A stretch of 64,000 nt of DNA from Amphiscolops sp. MND2022. Taxonomy: Eukaryota. Positions within the stretch are counted from its first letter, which is position 1. Each line of letters opens with the position of its first letter. Under the pieces are notes generated by a model. It was not told the origin of the DNA. It saw nothing but the letters and a program-made list of their open reading frames with translations, and did not search any database. Positions 49,301-63,300 of this stretch are shown here, one piece after another. The stretch covers positions 77,874,001 through 77,938,000 of the forward strand of contig OZ076409.1 in NCBI GenBank assembly GCA_964187785.1, read 5' to 3'. The position numbers and the translations under genes were made by a program.

Positions 49301-51204
49301 AACTACAGTGCTTTACAACAGAAACACTTCAAATTTGTAGTTTTTCCTGCAGTTTGTGTTCAAATTTTGAACGTTTTCGTGACTAGGTAAAACCAAAACA
49401 CTCGAAAACGAAAAAGCTAGCTATGCAGTATGCTATTTCGAAGAGAGTAACAGGATTTTGCTTCAAAAGTACTTCGAAAGTGACCGTGATGAGTCGGAAA
49501 TTTAAAGTCTAAATTCAACGTTTCTTATTCAAAGTTCTGAATTTTTTGAGAAGTTTCCACAGTTGGAAGAAGGAAAACCCTCAACAGCGAACAAATTCAG
49601 TAGGTTTTTTAAAGGTGAATTGCAGTTTCACGCTAGAAAAGAGCCTCAAAATGACCCCAAAAAAGTTGAAAAAAAATACAAGTTTTGGCAGTTGTTAGAC
49701 AAATTAGTGAATTTCTATTGAAAGTTAACAACATTCCTAATAGTCCAGACGTCCAACTTTTTGAAGTAGGCATGAACAGTTTTTAACAAAGAAATCTACA
49801 ATTGTGTATGCAAGAAATTCGTCAGAACGACTTGAAATTTAGTGAAAATCGATTTTTTCTGTTTTTGAAATGTTGATATACTTTTTTGTAAACGTTTTGA
49901 GCAATTTTGTAATTCAAGAACGACTGGACCCGTTATCCAACAAGAGTTTTAAAAAAGACATCTAGTTTCTTATAAAAGTTCCTCAAATGACCGCAAAGTT
50001 GTCGAAAAAGCAAAATTGCACAAATTTTGAAGTTTTTGGCGACTTCGCGCAAATTTTAAAAAAAAATTGATTGGTTAGGTTTTGGAATATAAACAATCTT
50101 ACGAAAAATCAATTAGGTGCTTGGTGTCTCCTTGAAGTGTTCCCTTCTGAATAGGCATGACACCATTCGAAAAGTGATAAACCTTTTTTCATCAAACCTC
50201 TATGCGTTTTTATAGTGCAATGGCTATTCTTGAGCCTCAAAAATATGTCATTGCTAGGACAGTTGGGACCGAAAATGTTAATTGTAACGTTTCATTTTTA
50301 GCAATTTTTTGTACGATCTTGGGGTTTTTGATTGACAAATGTAGAGGTTCTCGTTTGAAGCGCTGTTGAAAACAACAGAGCGTTTCTTAGCTTTCATTCC
50401 AACTAAGCGGTGCTCCGTTTAAAAAAAATGATAGCTTTGGCAAAGTTGGCAACGTGATAAAGTTTTGTTTATAAATGAGTTTTTTTGTTCATTGGTTCAC
50501 ACTTGGCGGGAATTTGTTTCAATCAAAGGTGTCGTTTTTTAATCAAATATTTGAGTGATATTCACTGCTTGAGGCGAGTTAGCTTCCAAAGAAACAGAAG
50601 ATTTGCTATTTTGATGGACTGTATGCTTAGATTAAATCTTATTGAGGAGTTTGCACTGCGATCTGAGGAATATTATTAGGAAGTGTTCAATATTTGTCTA
50701 ATATGTTTAAAATAAGATAATACTTTCTTACACTCATACAAATAATACAAGTTCTGAAGAAATGACGTAAAACTTTCATTCTACGTCTTCTGAGGACAAA
50801 GAAAGAAGTGTGTTCAATGACAAAAAAGAGCCAAGAACTTTGTGGGTTTGAAAACTAGTTTGAATAGGCGTGGGAGACGGGGATTGTGGAATTGTGGAGG
50901 TGGAGGCAAAAGTATATTGGGTAATTATAATTATTGATATACATTTGCAGCATTCTGGAACCTAATATTTTCAAGATCGTTTCTCATGTACATGATTAAT
51001 TTTTTTTACTTCGATAGCACAGAGAGAGGAGGTGAAATAATTTGATTGAAAGACTAGTTGCAATTTTAATTGTATCATTCAGATGGGTAGTTTTGAACAG
51101 TCAGAATAGCGTTCATAGTTTCTCAAAGCTTCATTTCAAGTTGCCAAATTCTGCTTATATACCATCGTTTGAACAATTCATTTTGTCACAGAGCCGACTT
51201 CACA

Positions 51205-53009
51205 CCCAGGTTAACCATCATGGCTAATTCATGGATAATCATCCATGGTTCATCCATAATTCATGGATCGCAATGTCATGAATCATTCCATGATCTTGGA
51301 AAGAAATCCATGATTCATGGATGATTCATGGATGGAAACCCATGAATCATGGATGAAAATCCATGATGCCGAGGATGATCATCGATGCAAATTATTGAGA
51401 AGGTGCAGTTTTTGAACTGCCCGTTAAACTGAATACACTAGATTCGATGAATTATGAAAAGAATAATAAAATAAAATCTAGTTTTTGGATTGGTAAATTA
51501 CGAAATACCCTCAAAAATGAGAAGAGCACAAAGTAAGCGGATATCATATGATTGGACGTCTCTTCAAAGGAATAACTCCCATAACAAGATTACCTGAAAT
51601 AGAGAAATTATATTGAAAGATGTCGGACTTCATAGGTTCTCCGCAACCAGAGCTTGCCCAATTGTACCCAAGTCCTTATACTGTGTTTGTGAAGAGGCTC
51701 TCAGCTAGTGTGGTATTTCAACCACACATGACAGCACCCACGACGGGAACGTGGCCTCTATCGGGTCCCGAAAACTTTTACAAAATTAAAATACATCATC
51801 TGCAATTTTGAGATCTGAATAAGGCAAACAAAGTTTCCTAAAACAATGCCAATGAGATCTACATGATCTAGGATGAGATTTAAAAACCAACGCTGTTTGG
51901 ACAGAGCAGAAATAACGAATAGATCTGGAATGTATGAAGGATTCACATCTATTGATGAAAACAGTTTCCCGACTATTGGTCATCCCCGAAACACAATTAC
52001 CTAGAGAGATCATTTTGAAAGATGTCGGACTTTAAAGGTTCTCCGCAAGCAGAGCTTGTCGAATTGTACCTAAGTCCTTATACTGTGTTTGTGAAGAGAG
52101 GCTCTCAGCTAGTGTGGTATTTCAACCACACAAGACAGGACCCACGACGGAATTCAGAATTCAGTTCTAAATCGGACGATGCATTGATCTAGATACAAAC
52201 AAGAATAATTCTACTTTTTCTCTAAAATTGATCTGAAAAAAGACGTTTTGTAACAAGATTTCGCGAACAAAAAGACATGAAATCAACAAAACTACAGTAC
52301 AATGCATAAGTATTAGACCATATAATTGCAGAATTCAGTTCGAAATCGGACGCTGCATTGATCTAGATACAAACTAGAATAATTCTACATTTTCTCTAAA
52401 ATTTATCTGAAAAGAGACGTTTTGTAACAAGATTTCTCGAACAAAAAGACATGAAATCAACAAAACTACAGTACAATTCATAAGTATTAGACCATATAAT
52501 TGCAGACTTCGATCGAAATTGGACGATGCATTGATCTAGATACAACCTAGAATAAATCTACATTTTCTCTAAAACTGATCTGAAAAGAGGCGTTTTCCTG
52601 CAATTCCGTCAAAAACCATCCCCAAAACCATTGAAAACCCACCTAATGCTAACGAAAATCTTACCTATCTTGCGGCTTCAGTATGCGCGGTGCCGAAAAG
52701 CGCCCTTAATGGTACCCGGGTCATTAAGGTAACCCTGAAATTCCATTAATAGCGATAAACGACAATAAACAACAAATAAAGCTCCATTTCATGAGAACCG
52801 ACACACACAGAAAGTTTTGCCTACTTTGAACGAATTTTTCAACATGGCAAATCATGGATGAATCATGAATGACAATCATGGATGAAAATCCACGAAGCGT
52901 CACTCTGCCATGAATCATCGATGTTTTTCCATGAATAAGTATGTAATGTGTTTAAAAATCCATGATCATGGATGAATATCCATGAATTAGCCATGATGGT
53001 TAACCTGGG
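51205..53009. mobile_element. Non-autonomous TIR element with CCCAG...CTGGG ends (CACTA/CMC-like by terminal structure)
   Basis: Perfect 33-bp TIR cccaggttaaccatcatggctaattcatggata; many subterminal catgga/tccatg repeats; internal ~135-bp duplication (51613, 52015) and 174-bp tandem (52155, 52329, 52503). No clear TSD. Confidence 0.8.
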
Positions 53010-55999
53010 AGGGTGGAGACTGGCATCGACGAGGATGACGGGGCGTCTGTTGTTGGAGGTGACGGATCAGGCGGAGAACAGCGACACGCTTTTGAAGTTC
53101 AGCGGTGACAGAAACTGAGCCTTGCGACGAGGAAATAATGATTGGCTTAGAATGGTTGTTGAGGCTGTACTAGTAAAGGAATTGGTTATTGGCAGCAGTC
53201 GAAGTTGTAGGTTGAAGATAAGAGACTAGCTTTTATTTCGTCAAGAAAGAACCGGCAGTTGTGGGTGCCATTGCGGATTTATTCACCAGTTGTGTCAGCA
53301 TTGGATAAACTCTGGCACAGTCCGCGTACTCTCAAGAAAAAACAAGATGGTTCAGATCAGGAGAGAGAAGAATGATAGACTCTCAGGTGATGGAGAGTTT
53401 TCAAGAAAAAGTAACATGTTCTGAGGTTGTAGTTGTATTCAGAAACTGGAAGGGGAAAACTTCAGAGGCACGATATATTTTTAGGAACCTGAAGAGAGCT
53501 GAGTTTAAATGAAGTGAAACAAAAGGACCGCAATAAATCATTGTTTAGAGCAATAAATTTTTGTTCAGAGAGATGGTGTTAATTACTTCTGAGAGAGTTC
53601 TTTCGAGTGAATAGTGCTAGATGATTTGAATTATTGAGTTTTTGAGTTCTTTTTGATAAAAAGAGAGCTTTTCATTTGAGTTCATGTTATTATATATGGT
53701 GATAAAGAGGAGTTGTTAAAAGTAGAAGACTTCGAAAGAAGTCCTGTCAAAAGTGATAGAAGTACACTCCAGTCAAGAGTAAAAATGAAGAGTTTTGAAT
53801 TGAATGGATCGTTTTGTGACAATTGCAAGTTAAAAAAACAGGTTGTTTTACCATCTTCAAATGTGTCAGCATCCTGTTTTTGGATTAATTCTCTTGAAAC
53901 TAACAAAGAAGATGAAACGAAAGAATTTTTCGGGTTTAGGAGGAATGATTTGACTAACCAGTTTGTTAAGGACGAGGACTTTGAGAAAAATTGTTTTCTT
54001 TTCGACGCATATGCTATTCGAATGCAATTGAACTTTAACAAAGTAAATCATAGAAGTTGAATGTAATGGAGAAGTGAGATTGTTTGAGAAGATAGTAGAA
54101 AAATATAGTAGAAAATAGAAAAAACGTTTATTGCGCACGAAGTGCTAAAAGAGAACTTTCAGAAGTTGTGGATTGTCCTGTAGTAGCTGTAGTAGATTGA
54201 TTCAGAGTATGGTTAATAGTAGAGTGAATAAACTTATTACATTGGGAGCGGTTGTTCAAAGAAAAAGTCGGAGAAAACGAAACAATGCTTGGACGACGTT
54301 CGTCTCAAAAAATTGGAGAATTCCAACTTAAACCACTGCAGTTGATCTTTATGAAAATGATTCTTATTATAAGTGAAGAAAGAGACTTGAAAGGGATTAC
54401 TTTGAGCGCGAAGGATGTGAGATTGATCAATGTAGCAACAAAAGATAGAGTGGTCAGAAATTTTCAGAAGGAAATCGACATGAAAAAATTTGGGAGGGCA
54501 GTCGGGATATTGGTTGAGCATAGCTTTGACTCTAGTCAATGGAATACCATTGAGATTGATTGGTAATGGTGTAGAAGAATTTATTTCACATGATTTGTCA
54601 GAAAGAGTATCGCTATTAGAATTTGAAATATAGAGAGGTTTAGGGGAATATATTGGAGGTAATTGCTAACTTTTATTTGGGGGAAGATAGCTAAGATATG
54701 TATTGTTTGACGAAGAAGGGTGCGAAATGTTTCATGATTCGATAATGTAGGGGAGTAAGGAACTAACGATGAATATGATGAAGAAATGTTGATATTAGGA
54801 GATGATGTTGAATGTAAAGAACATCGAAGATCGTTATATTGGAGTTTTATTTTTGAACTGTGAAAATATCAATGTGATTGTGGTTGAAGGTTCATTTTGT
54901 TTTGAGTTTGGAGTATCAGGAGGTTTTCAATCATTATCAGAATCAGATTTAAGTGTGTTAATCATTGCCTGAGGAAATTTTCCAAAAAAATCTGAATCCA
55001 AAAGCGGAAAGAATAAGATTTTTGTTTTCTGAGAATGCGTGTGGCATGGAAGGAATTGTTAATGTTGAGAAGAGAGTGTGAAAAGAGGTAATTTTAATGT
55101 TGAATTGAGGTAATATGTAACATGGGTAACCGAAAAGTTCAATGAAAGCACTGAGAAATCATTCAGATGTAAAAACTGACAATCAAAACTGTCCGGTATG
55201 AAAATGAGGAACCAAAACGATCAATGGAGAAAGTAATAAAAGTGAATAAAAGTGACTAAAAGTTTTGATGGAGAGTTAGTTGTTCACCAGAATGACCATG
55301 TTGGAATGAGTTATTGAAAAAGGAGCATAAAATAGTTTGAAAGGTGAGCGATACGAGTTTATTTTATAAATGGAAGAAAAATTGAGGATATTTCTTCAAA
55401 TATAAGGGCGATCTGCGTGTAATATTGTAGAGTGGAGTGTTATTATCTATATAGAGGTTTTGAAATTGTTCTTAACAAGTTTATAATAAAGAGTTTCCTT
55501 CAGTAATTGGGATGAAATTTATTGATTTTGTTTCTCACTGAGCCACTGATATAATGTGCAATGGGAAGAATCTTTTTGAGCTTGTGAAGTTGTGGGTGAA
55601 GTTGGCAGTATATGAGAAAGTAGGAAAATGTTTGCAAAAGCATTGCAATGTGCGAAGAAGGACGGGTCAATAATGGTAGTTATGGTGTAGAGGTTGGTTT
55701 AATGTGAATTTGACAAATTGAATTTTTTCCTGGTTTGAGAGCGATTGGTTGTAAAGATTGAGAATCATTAGGTTTAGAGTTGAAGATACCGATAAGTAGT
55801 TATTTTGAAAGTTGAGGATCATAGTAATTTCTTAAAAGATTTTCGTTGGACGTAGAATTTTTACCTGTGGAGTCAGAGTTAATTAGAGTTAAATAGATGA
55901 CTATTGAATATTTGAGAAAGAGGGACATCAGTCTCATGAAGATCTGTTGCATTCAAGATGTTTTTGTAAAAAAAATCTAGATATAGCGAAAATTAAAGA

Positions 56000-58440
56000 C
56001 GGAAAAATTTAAACTCACATCAGACAAAGATGAATCGTTAGGAGTCAAATTAACAGGAACAGGAGAGTTTCTTCAATGAATGAGAAGGTGCTAAGAATAT
56101 CGGATAGATTGGGACCTGAAAGACCAACGACCTATCTAAGGAGCGGTAAAGCAGCTAAATAAACTTTTCCTTTATTTATCAAACACTTGGACTGCTTTTC
56201 GCTCAAAATTGAAATAGGACGTTGAATGTGAGATGATAGAGGACCTTGGGAAACCTTTCAAACAAGTAAATGAAGAATTAAGGGAAGTGGCCCGATTACC
56301 GCACTTCGAAAGTAATGTACCAAATTATTTATGACGCAAACAAAGCTGGACTTGGAGCAGTCCTTCAACTGTGAAAACAATACATGGAAGCCAAACTTCT
56401 GCGCATCGAGATTTTCAACAGAATTAGATATGAGATATCCCATTAAGAAGTTGGATTTTTAGCAGTAGTGTGGTCCGCCGAACATTTAAAAAAAGGCGTT
56501 GAAGATTTTGGAGTTGTTTCCAATCACAAGGCATTACAAAGTCTTTTGAGCGCTAATAAAAAAATTAGATGTTTTCAAAGCGATTGACGCGATGGATAGA
56601 TGGCCTATCACCCTATAATCAAGTTCGACCATAACGGAAAGGACGATGACAATGGTGGACTTCTGTCAACACATCCGTTTCACTGTAACGGGTCAACAAT
56701 AAATACAAACAAGCCGGGACCGGCCCAAGTCGGCGCCATATTCAGGGCTCAAAAATAGCAAGAAGACTTCCAAGTGTCAAGTATTCTCTTTTACAGTACT
56801 CGAAAATCGAAAATTTTGCGAAAACAAATTTTTCGAAAAAAAATTACATACTCAAAAAATGGACCGAGTGGCGCGCCGGGGCCCGTTAGCGCGGGCCCCT
56901 GGCGCGCTGAAAGGGGGACACTTCCGAAATTTTACACATTTTTGTCGCAGTTGAAGGGGTTTTGTCGCAAAACATCAGAACATTGAAGGGGGAAAATTTT
57001 ATTTTCGGAAAAAAATCTCACAGTGCCGAAAAAAACTGAAAGGGGGGACACTTTGGGATTTTCCAACATCCGTTATGTCGCAAAACAGCAAAAAAATTGA
57101 AGGGGGGACCCTTTGGGGAAAAAATTTTCCGGAAAAAAGTCTCGCAGTGCCGAAAAAAATTAGAAGGGGGACCCTTTGGTCTCCCCGGGTATGGTATGGT
57201 ACGCGGGAAAACAGGAAAAACCTTTTTGGTTCAGTTCGCTAGACCAAATAGTGCAATTTGGTGCAATAATATTTTGTAGAACTTTTAGGAACTATTTTGG
57301 TCAGTTCGTGTGGATTGATAAAACAAAAAGAAAAACCACTATAATAGTCGGGTTTCACTTCATGAAGCGCTGACTAAAAAGTTTAATTATTTGTTCACCA
57401 TGAATATTGTAGAAGAAGTTACCAACGGACAAGAACAAGCGGTATTCGCGAAAGGAAACCAACCAATTGTCAAATCAAGCGAAAATTACAGCAGAAAGCA
57501 AAATGCATGTAAACGCGTCAGACAATGGGAAGCGATAGAGAGATAGATTTCCGAGTCGTGACAAAGTTACGCATTGTGCTAATTCACGTCGAAAAGCCAA
57601 TTTTATGAGAATGGACAGTCAGTTCGAAAATGCGAAAAATTTGAATACTTCTAGATTTATTCAAGTCTATGTCAAAGCGAAATAGGAAAAAGACCGTAAC
57701 TTGCAGAAGATTCTTAGTTTGGTGAAAGAACGAAATTCAGGACAAATATCAAGAATTCCCACATTGGAAAGAAAATTAATTCATTCATCCTCGACAGCAA
57801 CAGCAGACTTTCAAATAAACAAAGATTGGTTATCCCAAGAGATATGATGGACAACATGCTTAGCACCAAACATTTTGGACACACGGGTAAAAATGCGATG
57901 CTTCGTGAAGCAATTGACGTATGGTGGTCCCGTATCCACCAGGCTATACTTTAGTAAGCGAAATGGTGTCCGCAATGTAGCCAATCAGGCAATATTTAGA
58001 ATGCTTACAACCACAAAATGAGTGGGGAAACTGCCAAAACCTGAAAACACTTACGAAAAAAAGTCCACTGGACTTCGCTGGTCCAATAAAAAGCGCAGAA
58101 CACACAAAAAATAAGTTTGTTATTGACAGTCGACAAGATTTCTGGTCGGCCGCATACGATGTTTCTACCGGAACCCACATCGGATAGGGTTATTGAATTT
58201 GTGAGAGAGTATATTTCAAGAAATTGAATTCCTAAGAGGTTTAGAACAGAAACGGAAACGGTGTTTAAAAGCCATCAATTTCATAAAGAGTGTTGTATTG
58301 ACCGAAGTGATTGTCCGGTACGAGATCACAGAGGTAATGGAACAGTAGACAGAATGATTAGAATCATCAACGAGTGTTTAAAATAAGAGAAGGACGTAGT
58401 GTTAACTAGGGTTTGGTCAGACGCAGTCAGATGGGAATGT
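56000..58440 (+). pseudogene. Heavily decayed Ty3/Gypsy pol (RNase H, integrase), interrupted by HINE copy C
   Basis: Fragments translate as KAGLGAVLQ, WKP..ASRF, LAVVWSAEH, HFGHTG..AML, LDFAGP, RGNGTVDRMIR. Confidence 0.8.
56708..57380 (-). mobile_element. HINE-like element, copy C
   Basis: aacaagccgggaccggcccaagtcggcgcc (stem-loop plus subTIR) at the left end; tagtcgg...gcgctgactaaaaa at the right end. Confidence 0.82.
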
Positions 58441-59566
58441 CCGGAAGCAGCTTGTGGCACGATGAAAATGAAAATGAAATTGAAAAATCCCCACAGCCAC
58501 AAAGCGTCGCGTCGGAGATAAAACCGGAGGAAAAGAGATCGGAGGAGAAGGAAAAGATTGCCGCTGAAGAAAAACAGTCACGAGGAAGATCAAGAAAGCA
58601 AAGATGAAAGTGAAAAGAAATGTTTGTCTGAAGAAGTTGTTGTGGAAGACGAGCATTAGCCTCAATAAAGGCAAATGTAGAATGGAAAATGAGTTGCGGT
58701 ACAAGATCGGGCGAAGAAACCTGACTAGTTGGGTCACAGCATAATGATCACAAAATTGGAGAGAACTGAGAAAAAGCGCCAAAAATGAGAAAAAGCGCCA
58801 TGAAGCCAAGACCTGATAGAAAAAAAACACCACGAAATGAAGCAGCACCAAATAATAAACCACAAAACTGGTTTTCGCATCCAATTTTTGAACTTGTTTT
58901 CGAAACATAGTAAAAATAATACTGATCGAAGTCATTTTAATCAAATTGAATTAATTAAAATGTTTAATTCTGTCCAGAAGCTAAACAATGTTTTTATTCT
59001 GAAGGCTCGTAATTTTATCCATGCAAGATTTCGGAAAAATTTCCAAAAAAAATTCTAAATTGCATCAGACATTTCCCATTAATTTTTACTTTAATCCTAG
59101 AAAATTTCCAAATTTGTTGTCAAGTTAACAAAATGAAGTTTTCTGGAGATGCTGTCTGTCGCTCGCCACCATACCATGAAAACGACTATCGTTGGTGCGA
59201 TATCTTGTTGTTGCGTTCAAGTTTTCTTTCTTGCTGAAAAATTGATCTGTTCCCCAAACCCATGCCCTCTCCAAGAGTTTGACCTCTCCAATTTTTGGAT
59301 GAAAGAATTCGCCTGGTTTAGATACGGCTTCCATATAATTCCCATTTTGATAGAACGACAATGGTTCAGTTACCTTAAGTGGAGGATTCCTTTTTTGATT
59401 TCCCAAATTTCATTCAAGTAACCTTGTTGGTTACTTGACTACTTTAGATTACTCGCAATTTGAATCTTTTTATAGAAAAATTTAAATACAATTGTGGGCT
59501 CATTTCCTCACTATATTGAAATCCTGATCACAGTCGTTGCTTGTGAATCGCATTCATTCAAATTTT

Positions 59567-59929
59567 ATGTATCACTTTCGGGGTAAGCAAGAAAACGTCA
59601 CAGAACATTGGCGTGATCTTCGTTACTACAGAATTAAGACACCGCTGAGAGAAGGGTGTAGAGTTATGTACCGCTACACGATGTTCGGGTACGCTTATGA
59701 AATAAAATCCCCGCTGGATGCTTTGTGACTTGGCTATTTGTATCATGATCCACCAGGGCCGCCAGTTCACACATTCAATGAAGTCAAATACATAGATGGG
59801 GTCACCGCAACAACGTATATGCAAGACGGTTATCTGTACCTGAAGGTTGGCCAAAAGCTAATAAAATCACGAGCGTACAAAGTCAGTAATTGTGGAGTCA
59901 TGGTTTTACGGGGAAAAGATTCTAGATAG
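59567..59929 (+). pseudogene. ~120-codon unidentified ORF with one in-frame stop (59726-59728)
   Basis: The two listed ORFs 59537-59728 and 59738-59929 are in the same frame, separated by a single TGA; Tyr/Gly-rich globular-looking composition. Confidence 0.4.
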
Positions 59930-60399
59930 GACAAAAGTAAACTACGTAAAGTAGGACATAAGTAAAACCACAAACTAATGGTCTGCTTACAGATTCAATT
60001 TTCCATTCTTCTGGGGAAAACTATTTCCCATGTGAATTCACACATGGCAAACCCATAGAGATGTTAACCATCGAAGCTACTCTAGGAACGTTCTTAATTG
60101 GAGATTCATCTTTTCATAGGTTAACCTTCGAGAACGTTAGGAAAAGTTGACAAAATCGTCTTTTAAATCCTCATAAACCGCTGTTATCAACCAAATAGTT
60201 GTCAACAGTTATTTTTGAGGCTTTGAAAAACCTGAATTTGTCAACTTTTCACCAATTTTTCCGAACGGTTACCGGATTCAAATCACAATTGCACGTCGGA
60301 ATATCAAATGAAAAAGACGCGCAATGACACTATCAAATGAAAAAGACGCGCAATGACACCGCAAAGTCTGTGAGGAAAACTTACGAAGGAATCGAAAGA

Positions 60400-63300
60400 A
60401 AAAGTTGGCATTTTCGTCTTTTTGGAAACGAAGATACAAAAGTAAACAAAAATGCCAGGACAAAAGAATATGTCTTCTGTTTTCTTTAAAGCCAGAAGAA
60501 GAAATTTTTATATTCAGATGCGATGCAAATATCAAAAGTATATAGAAGCATAGGAGTAATAAACAAGACAGAAACGTCTAGAGTCGACGCTATATCCAAG
60601 GCTCAAAAAGCGCAAAATTTTTAAAATTGTAAAAGGGGGACTCTTTGGGCTTTTTGAAAATCCAGTTTGTTGCAAAATATCAGAAAAATTGAAGAAGCGA
60701 CCCTTCGGAGACACTAAAAAATTTACAAAAAATTGAAAAATTTCGAAAAAAAACGTAAAATGAGAATTTTGAACAGTCTCAAAGTACTGAAAAATGTAAA
60801 AAGGGGCCCTTTAGGCTTTTTCAACATCCAGCTGCAGAATACCAAAAAAAGAAGAGGGACCGGACCCTTTGAAGACATGAAAAAATTTCGAATATAGAGT
60901 CTCACACAGCCGGAAAAGGGGCAGTGAAAGTATCACAGCGCCCAAAAACTGGAACGGAGGATCCTTCTGGGTTTTGTATTTCAAGTTAGAGGCCTTTGGA
61001 TGCGTTCAAAATCAAGTACTGGGTATTTTCGGGGAAATTGAGTAATTCACAAAAAGTGGTACATACACGATGACCTCTTTGGTCTGACGAAAGAAAAAAA
61101 GAAAGAAAACTAGCCACCCTAATAGTCGGGCACTTTTTACTAGAAAAGCGCCGACTAAAAAGAACAGTTAAAAGACTTTTATTTGAGTTCATGTACCTAA
61201 CTCTGTAGATAAGTCCGCAAAAGTTCTGTTTTTTGTTACCTAGCTGATATATTCGCGGATTGTGATCCGAATGTTTAAATTAACACCTAAGTATTTGCAA
61301 TGAGGTTTATCAGTGATGTTGACGTTATCAATTTTCAAACCCTGGAGGTTTGCCTCTAACAAACGAAAGTTTCACATCTTGAAGAATTGTTTGACAGTTT
61401 GTGGTGAGTAAACCATTTTTTCGTTTCATTCATATCATTTTGGACCGTTATTAATTTTTTTGGAAACAGAAGTATCATCTGCGAATATTGTGATTTTACC
61501 TTTCGTTGAACAAACAGCAGGCAGGTTATTGATTTTAAAAAAAAAACAGAAAAACCAAAGGCCCTATGATGGAATCTTGAGGTACACCAGTGACAACAGA
61601 AAGTTTTTCGGAAAATCTTTCAATATCAAAGCTATATTGCCATCTATTTGTTAAGCAGTCACTCATGATATGAATTATAGGTCCTCTGAGTCCTGTGAAG
61701 TTGTATTTGTGGATTGTATTAACCATTTGAGAATGATCTAAGGAATCAAAAGTTTTCCTGATATCAACAAATCAGGTTTGACGGGAAATTTTTTGACGAT
61801 TGCATCTCAATAGTTATTTCATTTATTGCATGGATACACGAATGGTTTGGACCAAAAACCAAATTGTACACGGGTAAAAAAAACCAATCTTGAAAAAATA
61901 TTAAATCATCCGGTTGTACAACAGTTTTTCGAAGACCTTACTCAGTGAACATAGTAGACGAAACGGAGGGTAGTTTTTGAGATCACTGTAATCACCTTTT
62001 TCGAGCAGCTCGAAAACCTTTGCAATTTTTGGGCATTCTGGAAAATTTCCATTCCTCAAGCATTCATTGAAAGGTTTAGAGTGATGCTCTTCTACCACTG
62101 GTGAGAAACATTTGAGTATTTCAATGCTAAAACCATCAGATCCAGAACTTTTTTCATTTTTGATTATCTTTTTAATTTATGCTATTCCTTCAGGACTAGT
62201 ATCATTCAAAGCCATTGTCTTGTCAAAACATGATAGATCAATGGTATGATTTGGTTTTGGTACTTGCCGGTAGAGTTTAGAAGCTATAGAAGTGAAAAAT
62301 TTGTTCAACTCATCAACATCTGTTTTCAAATTTCGTGATCCATTGCTGCACGTTTGGCATTTCAATGTTTCATACATTGTTCTAATAGGTGGACATAATC
62401 CATGTTTTTTGAAAGTAGATTTTAGCTTCTTTTTTGCATTCCGTAATACTGAAGTGCTGAAGTGACTATACTGCGTAGTTTTTTATATGTGTTCCTACCA
62501 TAGTCACTGGGATGCGACACCCAGTTTTACGAACGCTCATCGCGTTTCGTCCCGGCATTTTTAACTTTGTTTGTGACCCATTCACGTCCATTGTTTTGTG
62601 AGTTAGTAATTTTTTCTGGTGGGAAGCGATCAACACATTCAATTATCGATCGTCCGATTTTCTCCGTTTGGATTATCTCTGAAGTGTATCTGTTTAATTG
62701 TTTGATGTAACAAATCTAACTAAATGCATTTTTTCCTTTTATTCCAAGGAAGTCCGTTTTCGAAGTGAGGGTTTGTTATTCCATCTGTTGATAGAGATAT
62801 CTCAAAAAAACACTAACATGATCATTAATTGTTGTGGGAATTGTCTGAGTTGGCGTTTGGAAGCTTGTGATGAAATTATCCAAATAAGTGGTTCAAGATA
62901 TTAGAGTCACCAAAGAGAACAGTATCATGTTTTAGGCTTCTCAAAAAATGATGATATTTCTCCAAACTGCGGCAAAAAGTATTTTAGCTTCTGACTCAGA
63001 AACCTTTAAACATTACAAAGTACAATAATTGGTTGATGCCGACATCCGTCTCCGTTACAAGACATTAGATTTTTATTTCAAAGGAATGGTTTCAAACCGA
63101 TTTTTGAACAAAAGAGGACACACCGCTTTGCTCTTGGACTGAGGTGCGGGGTTCCGACTAAAAACGATGATATCCTGGGAGAGTTATTTAGTAAAGGGAT
63201 TCATTTTGGGTGAGCCATGTTTCAGTCAAAACTATGACTCTTGACTTCGTTGACAAGTTTTCTATCTCAATGATCAAAACATCATGATAAAATGGCAATG

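Noticed and set aside
60302..60359. 29-bp perfect tandem duplication
   Set aside because: Simple local slippage with no further structure.
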